DNA of 63,942 nucleotides, filler included, from Lenisia limosa (taxonomy: Eukaryota > Protista > Breviatea): assembly GCA_001655205.1 (NCBI GenBank). It is 15 parts of 15 records of this genome, joined end to end, with 100 filler letters (N's around TTAATTAATTAA, not from the genome) between each part and the next. Parts side by side here need not be neighbours in the genome. Positions count along the whole stretch, not along the records: positions 30,888 to 42,889 come from LPNZ01006440.1; positions 42,990 to 45,455 come from LPNZ01003478.1; positions 45,556 to 47,068 come from LPNZ01004126.1; positions 47,169 to 49,421 come from LPNZ01005111.1; positions 49,522 to 53,046 come from LPNZ01009549.1; 10 more parts are not named here. The stretch is one strand, 5' to 3'. Both the position numbers and the translations under genes were made by a program. Below are positions 38,467-49,538 of the stretch, one piece after another; within the stretch, counting starts at the first letter, position 1; each line of letters starts with the position of its first letter. The notes under the pieces are model-generated. The model saw only the letters and a list, made by a program, of their open reading frames with translations, was not told where the DNA came from and made no database searches.

Positions 38467-40135
38467 CTGGGATGCGTGAGAAGCCGAAAGCGGGGATTTG
38501 ACCCGTGGATGAAAGAAATAGATAACGGAGAGTAAATAAATGAGCAGCGAATGGAATGAAAAGATTTCAAGCCTACAGGAATTTAGAAGAAACTCTTACC
38601 TTGAGGTTGAGGAAGCCAGGGGGTACATAAAAACTCTGGGGGGTTCAATATGACAGTATACTTATAAACAGAGTGTAAGCGGTGAAGATTTGTGAGAACT
38701 TTTTGTTAACACTATTGTTATTGTTTTCTTCTTTGTTCGCCTTTTAGCCCTATTTATGTTCATTTTAATGTGAATCGTTGTTTCGACCAGCTTTCGGAGC
38801 AACTGGAGTTTCCCCTCTGTAGAGCCTCTTCTGGAGACATTATTTAGTGGGGGCATTTGACAAAATTTCGTTTGGCGCAATTTAATTTTCTGAAGGATTC
38901 ACCTTCTTTGATTTGAGTATTTTATGAAGCTAAATGATGAAAAAATCTCTATGTCAGATCTTTTGTATTTCCATAGATATGACTACGTTTTGTCCTTTTT
39001 CTTGAATGCTGCAGACATCTCGCCCCGCCATATTTTCGTGTGTTTTCTCTTTTGTGGATTTATTTTCTTATTTGTCTGATTTCCCTACCCAAAAGAACTA
39101 TTGTACTCTATATTATTAATTGTAATAGGGATGGTCTTTGGTGTTATGGCACCAGAACGTCTCTCTCCTTATGTTTTTAAGACAAAGTTGATGCGTGTGT
39201 TCTAATACCGTATATTATCTCCTCGCCAAACCTGGCATTTTATCACCAGCAAGCGAACTGTGTATCGCCATGTTCCTCTGAACCTTAGGAAGGTGGGGAG
39301 AAAGTCCTTAAGAGCCGTGTGAAGCGTGCTGTTTCCACCAAGACAACCACCCCACGCCAATTTCACCAAATTACCTCAGCCGGACTGACACAGTAACATT
39401 GTTTTAGACTTGGTAGGAAATGTCTGCAATTGAAGTCATTTTGAGTCCATCTATTTTCATTTAAGTACTATGAGATTTCTTTTTTATTCATTATTATGTT
39501 TTTCAACATTTAAACCTCATCACCACCACATATAATAGCTTTTGATCAGTCAACCTTTATTTATTCTTCTCAATGCTTCATCAAAAAACAAAAAAAAAGT
39601 AATACTGGCGGTTGGTTGTGTTTTAAAGTTATACTATTTGTTAAAACTGACTCTCTAAATTATTTCTCATATATATTTCTGCTGCTACCTTTGACAACCG
39701 CTTATCATGGTACTAGGTCTTGGTGTGTGTTTGAGTTTTGTATCCACAAATTAACTAGTCCAACCAAACAGTTGAAACATAATATTTCGTATATAAGCTA
39801 TATGATATATTATACAATATAATATGATATGATATAGAGTCATATTACATATATTACACTCTATGTAGTAAATTGAGAAAACGAGGGAGAAAAACAACAG
39901 AAACTGCACCAGATCAAAAACAAGGTTAGAACCGAGGATTGGTAAAACAACATTAACAATTCACAAATAATCGGGAATTCGAAACCGACGGTCCGAACCT
40001 CGTGTTCCTAGCAAATCGAGCCTTGACTCCTAGCCTACGTGTGTTGCTGCGGGTTTTTTCAGTGGTTGGTATTCGATAAAGGTCTGTCTGTACCATTGTC
40101 TCGTGTTTTCTTTTTCTTTTGTTTTTTGATGTACA

Positions 40136-42754
40136 TTATTGACCTCCTGAAGCACTTTCAATATTTACGGTTTTTGTAAAACAAATTCTGGGGTTTGATG
40201 GCATTAAAAAAAAAAGAAGACTGTCATTTAAAAAAATACCACAATAGCAAGCAAGTCCCTGCGCAAGACCACAAATGTCTGCCATGCAGGAGTAATATAT
40301 TCCAACAGGTGTGGCCAACTTATCCCTCACACCAGAAAATGATGATGATGCAAGAGACTTCGTGAAATCATTATTAAACTCCACGAAGCGGTCTGTTGCA
40401 ATGCGAATCCCTGTTTGTTAATAAGAAGCAAATAAACCAGATGCCAGTTGAATGGTCATTGAGGCCAACAGCAATGCAACCTCCTTTGGTGAAGAACGTT
40501 TCAAACCGATCAAAGTTCTCAGACAGAGATTGACGTAGACGTGCCAAATAAAGAAATACTATTCAACTTTCTCAGCCCAGCAAAGGGAGGTACAAAATAC
40601 TTCATTGCAATTTGAAATACGGCAGTATCTCCAGATCGAATTGCGTAGTACACCTCAATAACCATTCTTAAAACAAAATAAAGCTCAAGGAGGCGCCAAG
40701 TCCTTGAACCGCGTTCCAGCTGTCTGTGGAAGGTAAAGAGCCATTTGGTGAACGATATCACCGGGTGGGCTGCTTTGTACTTCGAGTAAACTGTGATTAA
40801 AAACAGAAGCATACAGAAAGAGGTGAGAGACTGATGCCCAATGCGTCATCATATTCGAACAGGTTGTTGTTCTTGAAGTTGAAACTTGTTTTCGTAAAAG
40901 ATTTTTTGAAAGAAACCTAAATCAACAAATAAAAACATAACCTTTATTCAAGAAGATGACGGTTGAGAGTATATGCCAGAGAAAATGAAAAAGGCCAGGG
41001 ACATACTAATTGATGAATACAGAAATAGCATAATTATACATAATGACAATATAATATCATACGACNNNNNNNNNNGTATGATTCTGATTTTGAGCAATTT
41101 CAAAAAAAGAAATCCACCCCATACACGGGTGCGAGTTTGAGAGACATTACCCTCGAAGACATGTTGGGCTCCGATCTCAACCTTCAGCGAGCCCGCATCG
41201 CCGACACGGATTGGGAATGCCATGAGGCCAGGCAACCTGCTGCACAGGGTGCCAATGACCTGGTTGATACGTTGTGCCCCTTAAGAATTATATAGTATTG
41301 TAGCTTTCACGCAGAAAGCTGTGTGCACAGAGTTGTAAGCCAAATGATTGGGTGAAATCATATGATGATACTATAAAATTTCTTCTATGTGTAATGGGGT
41401 GGACGGCTTCGGTCAGATACAACCTTGTTATTTTTGTTCTCATTGCTTTATATATCTTCATATACTATATGAAATGCTATTAGTATCATATAATATGTAC
41501 ATGCCAAAATCTACCCCAAAGTAGTATTTTGCCTCCTNNNNNNNNNNCTTATTTTATTGTAGTATCCTATATCGATATCATATTTTATTTCCATCGTCAT
41601 TTGTTCCATTTTATTACTATTATCGATATCATATATACTATGATAATATGGTATGACATGATATAATATACGATATGATATGTTGTTCGGTATCTTACCA
41701 GACAAAGTTCCTTCATTCTCCATGATGAGAGGCATCACTCTAGTTACAGTGGCGGACTTGGATAAGTCGGGGATTGGTTGGTATGCAGATTCTAGAATGT
41801 CAGCTATTATTTAAAAAACAATACTCAAGCGCAGGGATGACAAAGTCAGAATACCCCTCCCAACTCACTGATAGTGTCTTCAGCCCCTGGAAGTTCAGCT
41901 TGGACATTGAATGCCCGATAGCGGACGACATGAGTGACTGGACAGTGTAATTCTCTCAGCTTGATAACGTCAATCTAAGAAATATGAAAAATCAGACAAA
42001 CCTCTTTAACACCGGAGTCAGTGTAAAACATGGGCCGTTCAGTGGACAGAGTTAGATCCACGCCTGTAATTTCGTATACTATTACCAGGAGAGTAGTGTC
42101 GTACTGAATAAGCCAAATAAAAAAAACCGAGGAGATCTGAAGGTTGTCATATGCGACCGCAAGGTGGGGCGTGTCCTTGAAAACAGCTTCAATTTCACCG
42201 ACCATATTAGGCCGCGCTCTTTGACATAGTGTCTCAGGGTGTTCGGATGGACACAAATTCCAAGATGGACAAACATTTCAATAATCTGGTTATTCAACAA
42301 GCTGAACACAAACTGACATTGGGGCTTTCTTGGAGAGCATGGTGATCGTATTGATGAAGGGCAACAGATTATCCTCCGGGTGTGCATGTTTGCCTCTTGA
42401 AGAGGTCTTCTCACCGCTCTTCAGACTACAGAAGAAAAGTAGCCATTTCTCATTTGAGAGCTCCTCAGTGTCCATTACTNNNNNNNNNNNNNNNNNNNNN
42501 NNNNNNNNNNNNNNNNNNNNNNNNNNNNNNNNNNNNNNNNNNNNNNNNNNNNNNNNNNNNNNNNNNNNNNNNNNNNNNNNCTTCATAGCGGCGGTGATGA
42601 GGTCTTGATCAACAGAAACAATCATACCGTCAATGTTGAAGGCAGCAACCTTCTGGTAGACGATGCCTGGCTTGGTCTTGAGCTCATCAGAGGTGGGAAG
42701 CTTGAGGTCAACAGCTTTTTGGAACTTGGAATACTCTTGTTCTAATGGAATCAA
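40136..42754 (-). CDS. Intron-containing DUF6589-like gene, apparently partly disrupted
   Basis: Motifs occur in the family order: IIEMFVHLGICVHPNTL; AVAYDNLQ; TRVMPLIMENEGTLSG|AQRINQVI (joined by GT-AG intron ~41695-41281); PIRVGDAGSL; YYAIRSGD...MKYFVPPFAG; G|GIRIATDRFVEFNNDFTK. One -1 frameshift lies near 42208 and the junction near 40500-40560 is unresolved. Confidence 0.55.
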
Positions 42755-43037
42755 GAGTCGTCACTTTAGAAATAACCATGTTTATAACTGTGTTACAATA
42801 ATATTAGTAATACTTATGCAATATTCAAGATTTTGAAAATCTATATTATATCTATACATAATATATATATATAGTATATATATATATAANNNNNNNNNNN
42901 NNNNNNNNNNNNNNNNNNNNNNNNNNNNNNNNNTTAATTAATTAANNNNNNNNNNNNNNNNNNNNNNNNNNNNNNNNNNNNNNNNNNNNGCCGCCTCCTC
43001 TGGCAACACCCTTCATCTAACATGGCTATCTTTGCAG

Positions 43038-45425
43038 TTGTGGAGCACACACAGCGGTCTGAGAAGGTCTTTGAATTGGTCGAAAACATCAGTCGTGAAG
43101 GCGCTGACTGCCTTGCTGCTAAGTGCGCAGGGGAGGGGGGGTTGAGAATGTGTCTGTGTGGGGTGGATGACCTTGTTGAAAAGGTCCAGTTTTTGTGAGC
43201 AAAAGCCTTTGGAATTTGACAGTTCTGATGCGACAATGCTGACAGTACAGTGAGAATTTGAACGAAAGCCAGCTCTCTGCGTCTGCCCTCCAAGCCTCAG
43301 TTGCTGACGTTTTGGATGTAAGTGGTCCTACTATATTCATAGGAAAATGTAAGGACGTTCCCATTGCTCTGGTTAGCAAGATTAACCTTACACCATAGAT
43401 CCTTGACATAGGAGAGACGCTACAGAAGGACTGGAGTGAAGTGGCCTTGGATTGGATGTCCGTCTCCACGGAACTGCCGTACGTTACACGTTCTAGCTAT
43501 GTGGGCGCGAGTAGTCTTATTACGACAATTATGTCGCTAATACTCGCTTGACACAGAATATTGCTGAGGTATCTTCTTTCTTAACCCGCTGAACGCGTGA
43601 TACTCCAAACTGCCAGTGGTGTAGAAAATACCGCAACAACAAAGGAGAGTATCACATAGCATATTATCCAGGAACCCTCATCCCCTCAGATCTACCGGAC
43701 TTTGGACTCGCAGCCGACATCGTCATCGTTCATGGCGTTCCTCAAGGCGGTGGGGCTTGGCTGTGTTAATATCTAAGGCTGTAGCCTTAGTCTAAAATAC
43801 TACGAAATAATGTCAAGGTGCCTGATTTTGTACTTTTTTTTCACCCTGTTGAACAGACCAACAGGTATCCATTGTCACTATTTACTCACCCCCTCAGACG
43901 TCGCGATTGGTGTCGAAGAATGACAGTGACGACATTTCGGATAAGGAGCTTGTGAGCTGCGCAACTGCCGGTGAGGGACGGGGTATCTGGTGTGTAAGCA
44001 TGGAGTGTGGTATGCTATGCAAGCCTGGAGAGAGGGAGGGTATGTGTGCTGGTGATTTCATGTACGACTCACTTTTTGACATTGTAGGCACATTGTGGGC
44101 TCTTCGAGACGCTATTTGCCGCATCAAAGTCGCCGTATGCCGGGCCGAGCTGGGAAGAAATGGAAAGGATTATCTGGTGACGCCGTCCTTACCATCACGC
44201 TAATAGGGATATTAGATTATAATTTCCTCACATACTATAAAAAGATATTGAGAAATAATTCTCTTATCAGTCTGAAAAAATATAATTACCAGCAAATATG
44301 CTCAGGATTTGTGGTATTACTCTTTATCTCGGGATTGGTTCTCAGAATTTCTGTCCTTTTTGGGATACCTTTCTGTTTCGCTGGTTTTTCGCGCACTTAA
44401 GTCCTCAATCCTCAGGATGCCACGCAACACGGGCATCTGGTCTGGGCCCTTCTCTCCCTGCTGTTCGAGGATGACGGGCCTGCCTATGCAGCAGTCTTGG
44501 CCACTTTGCAGAGCATTCTTGAGAAGGTGTGGCTTGGTCAGTTGGAAAAGTTATTTCAGTTGTGTGGATGATTTGAGTTTTTTTCACCGCATCACAGTTA
44601 CTCACTCACTCCTTCTCNNNNNNNNNNNNNNNNNNNNNNNNNNNNNNNNNNNNNNNNNNNNNNNNNNNNNNNNNNNNNNNNNNNNNNNNNNNNNNNNNNN
44701 NNNNNNNNNNNNNNNNNNNNNNNNNNNNNNATCATCCAAAGATCTAATTCTGGGCTGTGTTTGTTTTGGTGTTATCAACCCTCGCGTGTTGTTATCCAAC
44801 ATTTTTTTATTTCTTAATTTTCCCATTTTACTCAACCCCCACCCACTAGTTGGACTTCACGGACCCGGCAGTGGAGAAAGCCGTGCTGGCAGCCAAACCC
44901 GCCAATTGGCTTCCTGGTTTCACCGGCATCCAGCCCCTGATTCTTGGAGGTGGGAGGATATATAGCAATGAGAAATAAAAAATAAGTTGTATGTGGCCGA
45001 AGCCGTCCACACGATCACGCTTGTAATAGATATTGGAGGGTGTAAAGCTCACTTTGGTCGAAAAGACCGTCAAAATGTCGATAATTATCGAGGTTTTATC
45101 GGGATGTTTCAATCTTTTTTGGAACCGTAAGGAAGCCCAAGACATAGCCCCTTATTCTGAGAAGTGGAGGGGGGTTATATTTTCGGGTCGTGTTGCAAAT
45201 TAGTCGAATGGATAGAGTGTATTTTCTTCTTTTTTCTTTTCTTTTTTCTCAAAATTTTATTTTTCAATAAAAAAAGACTGAGGGAAATAAAAAAGAATAT
45301 GAATAAAATTTGCCAAATATGGAAGGTTTGACTTCAACTAATTTGTACATGCCCGAGAGAAGATCTCGGTTCCAGTATCTAGGAGAACTTTCCCTCCCTG
45401 ATACTGCAGGACTGTCAAACCGCTT
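43038..45425 (+). CDS. Furry/Tao3/MOR2-family protein, C-terminal domain fragment
   Basis: Exons 44416-44526 and 44850-44949 give QHGHLVWALLSLLFEDDGPAYAAVLATLQSILEK|LDFTDPAVEKAVLAAKPANWLPGFTGIQPLILG|GLTS, matching the Tao3/FRY C-terminal pattern QLFW...L......F..AL..L..LL..LD.......W..F.GLQ.LLL.GL.S. Six upstream exons lie on the same strand. Confidence 0.7.
44965..45033 (+). repeat. Dispersed non-palindromic repeat family C (AACAAGGTTGTATCTGGCCGAAGCCGTCCACACCATCACGCTTATAAG.GATATTGGATTATA)
   Basis: Copies in both orientations near 9933-10010(-), 14255-14365(+, two in tandem), 30970-31026(+), 41395-41450(-), 49985-50010(-), 50715-50740(-), 53500-53555(+), 57328-57385(-) and 59200-59265(+). 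Confidence 0.85.
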
Positions 45426-45756
45426 TACGGACCGTTGGTTGTGCGTTTGTTGGTCNNNNNNNNNNNNNNNNNNNNNNNNNNNNNNNNNNNNNNNNNNNNT
45501 TAATTAATTAANNNNNNNNNNNNNNNNNNNNNNNNNNNNNNNNNNNNNNNNNNNNTTCCAATTTTTTAAATACCACTTTGTGGATATTTTAGGTGCGCAT
45601 TTAGAATACTATGAGTGCTCATGAGAATAACTTGTAAACATGAATAAGCTTACCCATGCTCTCCACCCACACAAAACACCCACAAAATACCTCCACCACC
45701 ATATTCAAGGTTTCTGATGGAAGTGGGTACGTTCCTCTGGTCACCCCCCCCCCCAC

Positions 45757-46725
45757 GTCATTCAGAGCCGAAACAGCGTCAAGAGCGTCACAAAGGCTTT
45801 CATTCAGAGACTACGAGGAAAACAGGTAAGAACTGAGTAAGACATATTAAATAACAGTCAAAATTAAGCAAGATGTTTATTTTGATTTAGATTTTTGAAG
45901 AAAATTGCCCCTGATATCCTGCCGTAATCAATTTTCCTGAAAATGAGAAATACACAAATTCACGTGTGAAATGAGAAATAAACTAATCAAATATTTAGCT
46001 TTTTTTTGACCCTTATCGAGACCCACCTCAGCCACCGATCTTAGATCCACACTGCTAGACACGGAGTTGGATCTCGCAATACCATTTGGCCGGGCCGGGC
46101 AATGGTCAACAGGAGGTTGGGGACTAGTAGAAGACCGGGGTGCTTCACCTGGGGACTGAACTGAAGTTGAGGTTTCCTTGGGAGGGCAATATACTGAGAT
46201 ACTGGGGGGTACAGACGGGGTGACGGAAGAGTGAACGTTGTTGAGATAGGGGTCAGTGATAGTTTTGACAGGTGATGGGGGGAGGGGCTCGGAGTGGTCT
46301 AATAAATGAGCTATTAAGGTATCCGCTCTTTTTTTGACACTTTCAATTTCGGCTGCGGTCATTAATTTCGTCGTTGATTCTGGGGAGGACACGGGAATGT
46401 TATAGGTGATCACACGATCTGACGAACTATTTTCTGAGGGTAGGCGAGGCTGGAGTAAAAGATGGGACTTCATGGGGGGTGGGAGGAATTCTGATGATGA
46501 GATCGAAGAGGGGGTATTGTGAGAAATCTGATTGAGGTTAGGATTATCTTGAGTTTGTCTATTGCTTTCATGACGAACAGTGGCGCGAGGAAAGGGAGGT
46601 TTTGCTCGTGGAACTGAAGGAAGAATCACTGGGTCGTTAAGGTGGGTTTGTGGCAGGAAGTTGTGCTGAATATCGACTGACATAGTTGGGCTCAGTGGGG
46701 ACACCGGAGACAGATGCGGTGACAT
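45757..46725 (-). CDS. Ser/Pro-rich low-complexity protein fragment (long internal exon plus a short downstream exon)
   Basis: About 715 nt of open frame starts right after an AG acceptor (cattag|ATGTCACCG) with a probable donor near 46010. A downstream exon reads SLNESLCDALDAVSALND. No domain recognised. Confidence 0.5.
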
Positions 46726-46811
46726 CTAATGAATTTTTAGACTGAGAAATCATAACTGCAAAAAAGCAAGTTAATATCACAGATATCCAAACAAGAACTT
46801 ATGGTGAGATC

Positions 46812-46911
46812 TAGGGCTTCACTTTGGTACGAACAATACTGGTAAAATATCGATAGTTTTAGAGGATTTGTCGAGAAATTAAGTCTTTTTTTGAACCGAA
46901 GTGAAGCCCTA
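46812..46911. mobile_element. hAT-like MITE family A, 100-bp copy with perfect 8-bp TSD
   Basis: TAGGGCTTCAC...GTGAAGCCCTA; GTGAGATC on both flanks (46804-11, 46912-19). Confidence 0.92.
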
Positions 46912-47176
46912 GTGAGATCATATTGTTTATGAGTTCAAATATTGGGCAATTTGTGAACAAAATTAAAAAAAAAAATAGTTGATTGTTGCAACTACAGACG
47001 TTTTTCTCAAGAGCCACCCTATTCTTAGACAAGCTGAATAAGGCTCATTAATACTGTCCAATTATCCCNNNNNNNNNNNNNNNNNNNNNNNNNNNNNNNN
47101 NNNNNNNNNNNNTTAATTAATTAANNNNNNNNNNNNNNNNNNNNNNNNNNNNNNNNNNNNNNNNNNNNCCATTTAG

Positions 47177-48985
47177 GACGTTCTGTGCTGTTCGTTCTCA
47201 AAGTCGCAGCCTTCCATCCTTGCTGTTGGATGTCGCGACGGCTCCGTAAGGGGGGTAACGGCTCCGTAAGGGGGCTCCGTAAGGGGGGTCTTATATATTT
47301 ATGTATATATTTGGACCAAGAAATCTTGGGAAACAAATAAATACATGGGATACCATAAATTAATCTAGGGAAACAAAAATAAATACATAGGGATGCCATA
47401 AACAAATCACCATAATTATCGCGGGGCGCGCCTTCCCCCTCAGACTCTGTTAAGGTTAAACCACAATTTTGTTGTTTTAAATATCCTGTGTTTTCGCAAA
47501 TGTATTTTTGAGCCAACGGAGTTTTTTTTTTTTTTATTATTTTTTTTGGGGGGGGTGCTTCATTAGTTTTCTCTTTTTACACCCCAGGTGGCAGTTATTG
47601 ATGTCCGATATGATGGTTCAGCGCCTCTTATGGAAACTACAAACACGGAAGGTGGGAACCCCATTATAGAATAGGATGCAGCTATATACTACTTACCATA
47701 TTAGGACAGTACTTACCATATGAGGACAACACTTACCATACTAGGACAACACTTACCATATTAGGACAACACTTACCATAATAGGACAGCTACCATATTT
47801 GGACATCACTTATCAAAATAGGACAACACAGTTACCATCATAGGACAGCGCACTTACCATATTAAGATATCACTTACCATATTAGGACAGTACTTACCAT
47901 ATTAGGACAACACGGCGAGGCAGTTTGGCAAGTCCGTTGGATCACGAGGGGTGATGACCGTGGTGAAGCGCTGGTATCTGTCTCCACCGATGGTTAGGGG
48001 GGGGGGGGGNNNNNNNNNNNNNNNNNNNNNNNNNNNNNNNNNNNNNNNNNNNNNNNNNNNNNNNNNNNNNNNNNNNNNNNNNNNNNNNNNNNNNNNNNNN
48101 NNNNNNNNNNNNNNNNNNNNNNNNNNNNNNNNNNNNNNNNNNNNNNNNNNNNNNNNNNNNNNNNNNNNNNNNNNNNNNNNNNNNNNNNNNNNNNNNNNNN
48201 NNNNNNNNNNNNNNNNNNNNNNNNNNNNNNNNNNNNNNNNNNNNNNGAATAGGCCTTCCTTGGAGTGATTTTTGTATTATGTACATATTATATTATTCTA
48301 TTCTTTATTGATAATGACACATAAGTCGATTTCGGATATCCGAGACAACTTTTTTGAAACCCTGCACATCTGTATTTTTATTTCTCATTGCTATATATAA
48401 GGTTATATGGTTGGATGTAAAAAATCTTATGGCTATATCATAGGGGGGGAGGCAAGGTGTAAGTAGCAATGTTGGTTGGAGTTGCACGGTACTCACTTTT
48501 CCCTCCTTAAGGTCGGGGGAGGCATCAGGACGAGCGAAGCATTCATCAGTCGCACTGCGGGCGGGCTTGACATTGACTTTGTACCTGGTTGGAGGGGGTA
48601 ACTAAAGGAAAATTCAATACTATTGGGGGAGTAGACAGTTTTTATGAAAAACAAACCCAGAATGATAAACGAAGGAAATTACCACGTAAAGGATGGGGGA
48701 TTGGTATTTCATCATAACGTTACCACGAATAGTGGGTTAAGTTTCGACATCTTTGAAAGGGTTGTCAAGTAGCATATGTTACATATGTATTATGTACGAA
48801 GGACATTTCAACATCATCGAAGGGTTGTCAAGTTTGTTATACAATATACAGTGACCGGGATAAGTCTTGACCAATTTGCTATGTTCCCAAGGAAAATCGG
48901 GCAAGACTTGTTTTACTCACAATCTGCCCATAGGAGACCCTACTGCTTACATGGTTGCAACTGAAGACGGCCACGTTCATCGCTG
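47177..48985 (+). CDS. DNAI4: Axonemal dynein intermediate chain, DNAI4/WDR78-like WD40 region (partial)
   Basis: Exons give DVLCCSFSKSQPSILAVGCRDGS|VAVIDVRYDGSAPLMETTNTEG|QHGEAVWQVRWITRGDDRGEALVSVSTDG ... EAFISRTAGGLDIDFVP|GDPTAYMVATEDGHVHR. This is collinear with WDR78 LLAVG..GTIAIYNV...KH.GPVWQL.W...LVSISADG...ALISRQA.G....P...YL.GTEEGHIH. Confidence 0.78.
47691..47912 (+). repeat. Minisatellite, ~20-nt unit ACTTACCATATTAG|GACAAC x11, built from the DNAI4 3' splice junction
   Basis: Read directly; the last unit supplies the acceptor (AG 47904-05) and the first exon bases of G-Q-H-G-E-A-V-W. Confidence 0.92.
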
Positions 48986-49538
48986 GTGGGGGGGAGGGGT
49001 TCATTATCTTTAACTTTATTCATCAAAGTTTCTTTCATTTCCAATTTTACTCCACCCCCCTCTCCCGCTCTCTTTNNNNNNNNNNNNNNNNNNNNNNNNN
49101 NNNNNNNNNNNNNNNNNNNNNNNNNNNNNNNNNNNNNNNNNNNNNNNNNNNNNNNNNNNNNNNNNNNNNNNNNNNNNNNNNNNNNNNNNNNNNNNNNNNN
49201 NNNNNNNNNNNNNNNNNNNNNNNNNNNNNNNNNNNNNNNNNNNNNNNNNNGCTTTGTTTTTGTGTTTTTTGTTTTTGGAGTTTCAGATTACTCGGTTCGT
49301 GATTAGTATCTTTGCGCCAATATTCTTCATCTAAATTTCCTTCGTTTTACCCACCCGTTCGCTGGAGTGATGGGGTGCGGTGCTGCAGAAGCGAATGGCC
49401 TGGGCTTTGTTTTCAGCTAACNNNNNNNNNNNNNNNNNNNNNNNNNNNNNNNNNNNNNNNNNNNNTTAATTAATTAANNNNNNNNNNNNNNNNNNNNNNN
49501 NNNNNNNNNNNNNNNNNNNNNCCCCCCCCCCCCCGCAG

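Noticed and set aside
39985-40055. tRNA gene or tRNA-derived SINE head on the minus strand
   Set aside because: Only a degenerate B-box-like GGTTTCGAATTCCC; I could not build a cloverleaf or find a second copy. tRNAscan-SE would settle it.
45928-46725. Longest ORF (265 aa) as a standalone gene or viral protein
   Set aside because: It begins exactly at a splice acceptor, is Ser/Pro low-complexity and ends in intron-like sequence, so it is best read as an internal exon.
47691-47912. CRISPR array
   Set aside because: Units are head-to-tail with no unique spacers, the context is a eukaryotic intron, and no cas genes are present.
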